DNA of 64,000 nt from the human T2T-CHM13v2.0 reference genome, Homo sapiens. The notes under the pieces are model-generated. The model was not told the DNA's origin. It saw only the letters and a program-made list of their open reading frames with translations, and searched no databases. Below, piece by piece: positions 54,621 to 64,000 of the stretch. A program made the position numbers and the translations under genes. How positions within the stretch are numbered: position 1 is the first letter of the stretch; every line of letters begins with the position of its first letter. The stretch lies in the NCBI RefSeq assembly GCF_009914755.1, contig NC_060932.1. One strand, 5' to 3'.

Positions 54621-57600
54621 CACATTTTCTTTATCCAGTTGTTGATTGATGGGCATTTGGGCTGGTTTCATATTTTTGCAATTGCAAATTGTGCTGCTAT
54701 AAACATGCATGTGCAAATATCTTTTTCATATAATGACTTTTCTCTGGGTAGATAATTAGTAGTGTGATTGCAAGATCAAATGGTAGATCTACTTTTAGTT
54801 CTTTAAGGAATCTCCACAGTTTTCCATAGTAATTGTACTACTTTACATTCCCACCGACAGTATAAAAGTGTCCTCTTTACACTGCATCCATGCCAACATC
54901 TATTATTTTTTGATCTTTTGATTATGGCCATTCTTGCAGGAGTGAGATGGTATTACACTGTGGTTTTGATTTGTATTCCCTGATAATTAGTGATGCTGAG
55001 CATTTTTCCATATGCTTACTGGCCATTTGTAATTCCTCTTTTAAGAATTGTCTATTCATGTCCTTAGCCCACTTTTTGATGGGATTATTTGCTTTTTTCT
55101 TGTTGATTTGTTTGAGTTCTTTGTAGATTCTGGATATTAGTCCTTTGTCAGATGTATAGATTCTGAAGATTTTCTCCCACTCTGTGGGTTGTCTGTTAAC
55201 TCTGCTGATTATTTCTTTTGCTGTGCAAAAGCTTTTTAGTTTAATTGAGTCCTAACTATTTATCTTTTGTTTTTGTTGCATTTGCTTTTGGGTTCTTTGT
55301 CATGAAGTCTTTGCCTAAGCCAATGTCTAGCAGGGTTTTTCATGTTATCTTCTAGAATCTTTATGGTTTCAGGTATTAGATTAGGTATTTGATCCATCTT
55401 GAGTTGATTTTTTATAGGGTGAGAGATGAGGTTCCCATTTCATTCTTTTACATGTGGCTTGCCAATTATCCCAGCACCATTTGTTGAATAGGGTGTCCTT
55501 TCCCTACTTTATATTTTTGTTTGCTTTGTCAAAGATCAGTTGGCTGTAAGTATTTGGCTTTATTTCTAGGTTCTCTATCCAGTTCCATTGGTCTATGGGC
55601 CTATTTTTATATCAGTACCAAGCTATTTTGGCTACTATGGCCTTATAGCATAGTCTGAAGTCAGGTAATGTGATGCCTCCAGATTTATTCTTTTTGCTTA
55701 GTCTTGCTTCGGCTATGTGGGCTCTTTTTTGGTTCCATATGTATTTTAGGTCTTTTTTTTTTCTAGTTTTGTGAAGAGTGATGGTGGTATTTTGATGGGA
55801 ATTGCATTGAATTTGTAGATTGCTTTTGGCAGTATGGTCATTTTCACACTATTGATTCTACCCATCCATGAGCATGGGCTGTATTTCCATTTGTTTGCAT
55901 TATCTATGATTTCTTTCAGCAGTGTTTTGTAGTTTTCTTTGTAGAGGTCTTTCATGTCCTTGGTTAGGTATATTCCTAAGTTTTTTTTTTATTTGTTTGT
56001 TTATTAGCTATTGTGAAGAGGTTGAGATATCTCAATTTGATTCTCAGCTTGGTTGCTGTTGGTGTATAGCAGAGTTACTGATTTGTGTATATTAATCTTG
56101 CATCCTGAAACTTTCCTGAATTCTTTTATCAGTTCTAGTGGCTTTTTGGAGGTGTCTTTAGGGATTTTTAGGTATACGATCATATCATCAGCAAACAGTG
56201 ACAGTTTGACTTCCCCTTCACCGATTAGGATGCCCTTTATTTCTTTCTCTTGTCTGATTGCTCTGGCGAGGACTTCCAGTACCAAGTTTAACAGAAGTGG
56301 TGAAAGTGGGCATCCTTGTCTTGTTCCAGTTCTCAGGTGGAAAGCTTTCAACTTTTCCTCATTCAGTATAATGTTGGCTGTGGGTGTATCGTAGATGGTT
56401 TTTATTACCTAAAGGTATGTCCCTTCTATTCTGATGTTGCTGAGGGTTTTAATAATAAAGCAATGCTGGATTTTGTCAAATGCTTTTTCTGCATCTATTG
56501 AGATGATCATGTGATTTTTGTTTTTAATTCCGTTTATGTGGTGTATCACATTTATTGACTTATGTATGTTAAGCCATCCTTGCATCTCTGCTATGAAACC
56601 CACTTGATCATGGTGGATTATCTTTTTGATATGCTGTTGGATTTGGCTTGTTAGTATTCTGTGGAGGATTTTTGCATCTATGTTCATCTGGGATATTGGT
56701 CTGTAGTTTTCTTTTTTTGTTATGTCCTTCCCTGGTTTTGATATTAGGATGATACTTGCTTCATAGAATGATTTAAGGAGGATTCCCTCTTTCTCTTCTT
56801 TTGGAATAGTGTCAATAGGATTGGTACCAATTCTTCTATGAATGTCTGGTAGAATTCAGCTGTAAATCCATCTGGTCCTGGATTTTTTTTGTTGGCAATT
56901 TTTTTATTACCATTACAATCTTGCTGCTTGTTATTGGTCTGGTCAAAGTTTGCATTTCTTCCTGGTTTAATCTAGGAGCGTTGTTTATCCACCTCCTCTA
57001 GGTTTTCTAGTTTATGCATGCAAAGTTGTTCATAGTAGCCTTGAATAATAATCTTTTGTATTTCTTTGGTATCAGTTGTAATATCTGTCATTTTGTTTGT
57101 AATTGAGCTTATTTGGATTTGCTCTCTTCTTTTCTTAGTTAATCTCACTAATGGTCTATCAATTTTATTTATCATTTCAAAGAACCAGCTTTTTGTTTCA
57201 TCTGTGTTTTGTGTTATTTTATTTTGTTTGTTTGTTTGTTTCAATTTCATTTTGTTCTGCTCTGATCTTGGTTATTTCTTTTCTCTGCTGGGTTTGGGTT
57301 TGGATTTTTTCTCCAGTTCCATGAGGTGTGACTTTAGATTGTCTGTTTGTGCTCTTTCAGACTTTTTGATGTGGACATTTAATGCTATGAACTTTCCTTT
57401 TAGCACTGCTTTGGCTGCATCCCAGAGATTTTGATAGGTTGTGTCACTATTATCATTGAGTTCAAAGAATTTTTTAGTTTCTTGATTTCATTGTTGACCG
57501 AATGATCATTCAGGAGCAGGTTATTTAATTTCCATGTATTTGCGTGGTTTTGATGGTTCTTTTTGGAGTTGATTTCCATTGTTATTCCACTGTGGTCTGA

Positions 57601-58625
57601 GAGAGTACTTGATAGAATTTCAATTTTCTCAAATTTACTGAGACTTGTTTTGTGGCCTATCGATATGGTCTGTCTTGCAGAATGTTCCATGTGCTGATGG
57701 ATAGAATGTATATTCGGCAGTTGCTGGGTAGAATGTTCTTTAAATATCTGTTAAGTCCATTTTGTATAGGATATAATTTAAGTCCACCATTTCTTTGTTG
57801 ACTTTCTATCTTGATGATCTATCTAGTGCTGTCGGTGGAGTCCCCCAGTATTATTGTATTGCCATCTAACTCATTCCTTAGGTCTAGTAGTAATTGCTTT
57901 ATAAATTTCGGAGCTCCAGTGTTAGGTGCCTATATATTTAGAATTGTGATGTTTTCCTGTTGGACTAGTCCTTTTATCATTATATTATGTCCTTCTTTGT
58001 CTTTTTTATCTCTGTTGCTTTAAAGTTTGTTTTATCTGATATAAGAATAGCTACTCCTGCTTGCTTTTGGTATTCATTTACATGGAATATCTTTTTCCAC
58101 CCCTTTACCTTAAGTTTATGTGACTCCTTATGTGTTAGGTAAGTCTCCTGAAGACAGGAGAAACTTGGTTGGTGATTTCTCATCCATTCTACCATTCCGT
58201 ATCTTTTAAGTGGAGCATTTAGGACATTTACATTCAATGTTAGCATTGAGTTGTGAGGTACTATTCTAGTCATCATGCTATTTGTTGCCCTCATTGGTTT
58301 TTTTTCATGGTGTTATTGATATATAGGTCTTGTGTGATTTATGCTTTAAGGAGATTCTATTTTTGTGTATTTTTAAGGATTTGTTTCATGACTTAGAGCT
58401 CCTTTTAGCAGTTCTTGTAGTGCTGGCTTGGTAGTGGCAAATTCTGTCAGCATTTGTTTGTCTGGAAAAGACTGTATCTTTCCTTCATTAATGAAGATTA
58501 GTTTTGCTGGATACAAAATTCTTGACTGATAATTGTTTTGTTTAAGGAGGCTAAAGATAGCACCCAATCCCTTCTAGTTTGTAGGGTTTCTGCTGAGAGA
58601 TCTGCTGTTAATCTGAAAGGTTTTC

Positions 58626-59057
58626 TGTTAGGCCTCTAAGCCCAAGCTAGGCCATCATATCCCCAGTGACCTACACATATACATCTAGATGGCCTGAAGC
58701 AACTGAAGATCCACAAAAGAAGTGAAAATAGCCTTAACTGATGACATTCCACCATTGTGATTTATTTCTGCCCCAACCTAACTGATCAGTGTACTTTGTA
58801 ATCTCCCCCACCCTTAAGAAAGTTCTTTGTAATTCTCCCCACCCTTGAGAATGTACTTTGTGAGATCCATCCCCGGCCTTCAAAACATTGCTCCTAACTC
58901 CACCATCTATCCCAAAACCTATGAGAACTAACGATAATCCACCACCATTTGCTGACTCCTTTTTCGGACTCAGCCCGCCTGCACCCAGGTGAAATAAACA
59001 GTCATGTTGCTCACGCAAAGCCTGTTTGGTGGTCTCTTCACATGGACACGTGAGACA
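58626..59057 (+). mobile_element. Solo HERV-H LTR (LTR7 family)
   Basis: TGTTAGGCCTCTAAGCCCAAGC...GTGAAATAAACAG...TGAGACA; 5-bp TSD TTTTC (58621-58625 / 59058-59062). Confidence 0.92.
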
Positions 59058-60786
59058 TTTTCCTTTATAGGTTACCTGATGCTTTTATCTCACAGCTCTT
59101 AAGTTTCCTTCCTTTGTCTTGACTTTAGGTAACCTGATGATTATGAGCCTAGGTGATGATCTTTTTGTGATACATTTCCCAGGTGTTCTTTGAGCTTCTT
59201 GTATTTGGATGTCTAGATCTCTAGCAAGGCTGGGGAAGGTTTCCTTAATTTTTCCCTCAAATATGTTTTCCAAACTTTTAGATTTCTCTTCTTCCTGGGG
59301 AACACCAATTATTCTTAGTTTTGGATGTTTAACATAGTCTCAAACTTCTTGGAGGCTTTGTTCATTAAAAAAATTTTTGTCTTTGATGGACTGGGTTTAT
59401 TGGAAAGCCTTGTCTTCAAGCTCTGGCATTCTTTCTTCTGCTTGTTCGATTCTATTGCTGAGACTTTTCAGTGCATTTTGCATTTCTCTAAGTGTGTCCT
59501 TGATTTCCAGAAGTTGTGACTGTTTTTCAATTATGCTATCTATTTCACTGAAGAATTTTCTTTTCATATCCTGTATCATGTTTTTGATTTCTTTAAGTTG
59601 GACTTCACCTTTCTCTGGTGTTCTTGATTAACTTAGTAATCAACCTTCTGAATTCTTTTTCTGGCAATTTGGAGATTTTGTCTCGATTTGGATCTGCTAT
59701 GATATTTTGGGGGTGTTAAAAGTCCTTGTTTTGTTCTTTTGTTCTATTACCAGAATTGTTTTTCTGGTTCCTTCTCATTTGGGTAGACTATATCAGAGGG
59801 AAGATCTGGGATTCAAGGGCTGCCGTTCAGATTCGTTTGTCTCATGGGGTGCTTCCTTGATGTGGTGTTCTCCCTGTTTCCCTAGGAATGGGGCTTCTTA
59901 TGAGCCGAACTGCAGTGATTGTTTTTGCTCTTCTGGGTCTAGCCACCCAGCAGAGCTACCTGGTTCTGGGCTGGCACTGAGGAGTGTCTGCAAAGAGCCC
60001 TGTGATGTGATCTGTCTTCAGGTCTTGCAGCCATGGATACCAGCACCTGTTCCAGTGGAGGTAGCAGGGGAGTGCAGAGGACTCTGCGAGGGTCCCTGGT
60101 TGTGTTTTTGTTTAGTGTACTGGTTTTGTGTTGGTTGGCCTTCAGCCAAAAGGTGGCACTTTCAAGAGTGCATCAGCTGCAATCCTATAGGGATGCTGCA
60201 AACTCGCCCTGGGGACATGTGGTTAAGTATTCAGGCTTCTTAGGCAATGGGCAGGGCCGTAGCATTCCCAAGAGATTATGACCTTTGTCTTCAGTTAACA
60301 GGGTGGGTACAGAAAGACCACCAGGTGGGGGCAGGGATAGGCATGTCTGAGCACAGACTTTTCTTGGGTGGGGCTTGCTGTGGTGGCTATGGGAAATGGG
60401 GGTGTGGTTCCCAGGCCAATGGAGTTATATTCCCAGAAGGATTATGGCTGCCACTGCTGAGTCATACAATTCACCAGGCAAAATGGGGGAGAGCTGTCAG
60501 TCAAAGGTCTCACTCCACTCCCACACAGACCACAGTCCTAAAGGCCAGTCTCACCCCCACCGTGACCCCCCAGCAGCACCGAGTCTATTTCCAGGCAGCC
60601 AGTGACCAGGGCTGAGAACTTGCCCCAGACCACAGGCCTCCCTGTTGAGAAAGAAAGCAGACTCATAGTTTTTCGGCATCTCAGGGAGCCTGCAGCAGTG
60701 ATCCAGTTCCTTCAGAGGGTCTGTGGATTCTCTCAGCTTTCCTGGCATGTTCCCGTGGTAGCTCTTGGAGCAAAAGTTCATGATGT

Positions 60787-61272
60787 TAAGGAAGGAGACC
60801 ACTACTACTCCTGCTGTCCTCCTCCCCCTACCTTGCCTAGTTCACAAGACAGGAGGAGAGAAAAAGCAAAAAGTTGGAAAAAAACAAAAGTAAGATAAAT
60901 AGCCAGACAACCTGGGCGCCACCACCTGGCCCTAGGAGTTAAAAAAAGTAATAATAATAACATCAACCCCTGACCTAAACTGCTTGTGTTATCTGTAAAT
61001 TCCAGACACTGTATGAAAAAAGCATTGTGAAACTTTTTTTCTGTTAGCTGTTGCATGTAGCCCCCAGTCACGTTTCCCACGCTTGCTTGATGTATCGCGA
61101 CCATTTTGCGTGGACCCCTTAAAGTTGTAAGCCTTTAAAAAGGCCAAGGATTTCTTTTTTGGGGAGCTGAGCTCTTAAGACGCGAGTCTGCTGACGCTCC
61201 TGGCTGAATAAAAACCTCTTCCTTCTTTAATCTGGTGTCTGAGGAGTTTTGTCTGCGGCTCATCCTGCTACA
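60787..61272 (+). mobile_element. Solo HERV-E-type LTR (LTR2B-like)
   Basis: TAAGGAAGGAGACCACTACTACTCC...GAATAAA...TCCTGCTACA; 4-bp TSD ATGT/GTGT. Confidence 0.85.
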
Positions 61273-62046
61273 GTGTGAGTCTCCACACCCTGCTCTGTCC
61301 TGAGCAGGAGCTGCAAGCTAGTCCTGCCTCCTATCCACCAACTTAATCCAAAAAATACATTATTACTTTTCATCTGGTATCTTTAACAATTTGTTTTATG
61401 GAATGAAACAAAAAAGAACTCTGAAGGCTCTGATACTGAAAGGTTCATGTTCCACAAATAGAACAGTGCACAATTTCCTTGTGTAGGAAACAGAGATGGG
61501 GCAGAGATGGTCCCTCTGTGGGACTTGTGGGAGAATCTCAACTGTTGGCTTGCGACTGGACGCAGCACCCCTGATGGAGTTACATTCTGTAGAACAGCAT
61601 GGCCCCCCACCACCAAGGATCTGTTTTTCAAGTAGAGATGCCCAGAAAGAGGTTGAGGAACAGAAGGAGTCCTCAGCTAACAGGAGCCTGCAGGTGCAAG
61701 TGGAGAGAGTGAGTCCAGCACAGTCCTGGGCACCCTGCATACTCCAAACCAGGACCCAGACATTGAAGATTTCTCCCACATACCTTTGGTCTTTGGAAGA
61801 AAGATTGTCCCTGATGTTTTTAGAGAAGTATTTTCACCTTCTCTTAGAAGAATGATTCTGACATGTTTGGCAGAGGGCAACCTGCCCTCCCAGAAGGGGT
61901 CCATCTACTGCTCAGTCACTGGACTGTCATTTATTTCCTCTTTTCACTCCACCTGTGTTTCTACTTTCTGAAGAATTCAAGTCTGCATGCTTGGAAAGTT
62001 CTGGCAGGTACAGTGATGCCTTTCAGCCTATAGAAATGTGCACGGG

Positions 62047-62320
62047 GGATGGGCGCGGTGCCTCAAGCCTATAATCCCAGCACTTTGGGAGGCCAAGGCA
62101 GGCGCATCACCTGAAGTCAGGAGTTTGAGACCAGCCTGGCCAACATGGCGAAACCCCATCTCTACTACAAATACAAAAAGACTAGCTGGACGTGGTGGCA
62201 CGTGCCTGTAATCCCAGCTACTCAGGAGGCTGAGGCAGAAGAATCACTTGAACCAGAGAATCGGAGGTTGCAGTGAGCCGAGATAGCGCCACTGCACTCC
62301 AGGCTGGCGACAGAGTGAGA
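62047..62320 (+). mobile_element. AluS lacking its poly(A) tail
   Basis: Dimer ends at ...gacagagtgaga and runs straight into unique sequence. Confidence 0.9.
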
Positions 62321-62970
62321 TAAAGGCTGGCAATATGTGTGTTTATGATATGTAAGATATTTTATACATGGCTACCTTGATGAGCCACCTGGTTCCTTCA
62401 GGAGCCAATGTTGAAGCAGGATTTACTGATTCATCTCTTCCAACATCACCTTCTAACCATATAGCCCCCAAAATAGAAAATGTAAGTATTACAGAACAAT
62501 GTAGACTACAGTTGCCATGAAAAAGGAATGAGGTTTTATATCACACAGTGTGCAGCGTTTCATGGCCCAAATCCCCATTCATCATCCTCTCTCCTTCCCC
62601 TTCAAGGACTTGGAATCTCCCCTGGCTGCAGTTCCCTGTCCCTGGAGCCTCCCTTGGGGCTCATTTTCTTCTCTATTTCTAACACAGAGCAATTTAGTTA
62701 CACCTTCTCTTCCTCCTCGCTCCCAATAAACATTTACACACTCTCATACGTACACCGAGAAACTCAAGCACATGTGAATGCACACACACACGTGCACATA
62801 CACATAGCTGTCTCTTGTTACTTTACCACACTTAAGCACGCTAAAGGCTAGCAGAGGTAATTTCTTCCAGTTTCAAGGTCTCTCCATAAAGGTGGCAGGA
62901 GAATTACAAATATTTATTTTTCTTGTCAGCAATCATTTTTGTATTATCTGTCATATTCTCAACAAAATAA

Positions 62971-63363
<393 letters not shown>

Positions 63364-63689
63364 TGAGGCAAAAAGGAGATGCAAGCCCAAGCTTTAGTGT
63401 TCACTTCCTCTCTACAGCACCACGTGAAGGATGACACTTGATGGCCCAGGGCCTGTTCTTTAACTGTATCAAACCATCCCCCCATCCCCACCCTTTCAAT
63501 TAACTACTGGTTTTGGTGGCCAAACTATAAGGATTAAGGCTCATCAGGCAGGGCCAGCCAGCCCTGTAAGGGGAATTTGAGAAAGTGAATTGGGCCAGAC
63601 TTTGTCCAGCACCTGGCTCAGAGCAGAGGTTCAGCTGGACTTCAATAGCACTGCTGCATGAATAGATAAATTTGTTTTAAATTCAAGTG

Positions 63690-63830
63690 TAATGAGAAGT
63701 TGGAGATGGATGTTGGTGATGGTTGTACAACAATGTGAATGTACTTAATACCACCAAACTGTAAGTTTAAAAATGGTTAAAATGGTAAATTGTTTATTAA
63801 ATATATTTTATCACAAATTTTGTAAAAGTT
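63690..63830 (+). mobile_element. Old L1M 3' end fragment
   Basis: ggtgatggttgtacaacaatgtgaatgtacttaat...aaaaatggttaaaatggtaaat. Confidence 0.7.
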
Positions 63831-64000
63831 AAATGTGCATGGGGGGACTGGAGTCATATAAAGCCATATAAAGTAATTTACTTTATATTATCACCTATTT
63901 TATTATTCATTTGTTCCCTGCCATTTGAAAGTAGTCATATTTTGCACAAAACAAACTGATATATACAAATCTAACTTAAAAAGATGGATAAGACCTTAAA

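Larger units (their letters stand above)
54028..61357 (-). mobile_element. Essentially full-length decayed L1 (L1PB1-like), interrupted by two LTRs
   Basis: 3'UTR, ORF2 RT/EN fragments (55746-58294), ORF1 fragments (58373-59579), 5'UTR to ~61350; TSD catcattactttt (54015-54027) / cattattactttt (61358-61370). Confidence 0.92.

Noticed and set aside
61496-61855. 119-aa ORF in apparently unique DNA
   Set aside because: No recognisable family or supporting gene structure; length within chance expectation; BLASTP/PhyloCSF would settle it

Overview
Primate genomic DNA, almost certainly human: the two proteins match human CA III and CA II as I recall them. It is the carbonic anhydrase cluster, with two complete, intact 7-exon genes on the + strand, CA3 (CDS 7640-16883) and CA2 (CDS 32802-49487). 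Both encode 260 aa, share identical coding-exon lengths (34/198/119/93/63/156/120 nt), and have CpG-island/TATA-type promoters. The rest is introns and intergenic DNA with Alu, L1, L2, MIR and MER20 repeats and three solo ERV LTRs (MER41A-like, LTR7-like, LTR2B-like). I see no new protein-coding system; the long ORFs outside exons are GC-island or repeat artefacts. The most interesting signals are non-coding. (1) A ~120-bp copy of the CA2 3'UTR sits in intron 6, so near-identical repeats bracket the last coding exon. (2) There is a second local ~150-180-bp duplication, and a fold-back/template-switch mosaic carrying a 17-bp insert copied from 1.4 kb away. (3) A young L1 is inserted at the distal CA2 poly(A) site. 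(4) A tandem pair of CTCF-like motifs lies between CA3 and CA2. (5) A promoter element is shared by the two ancient paralogues. Repeat subfamily names come from memory of consensus sequences and need Dfam/RepeatMasker confirmation.
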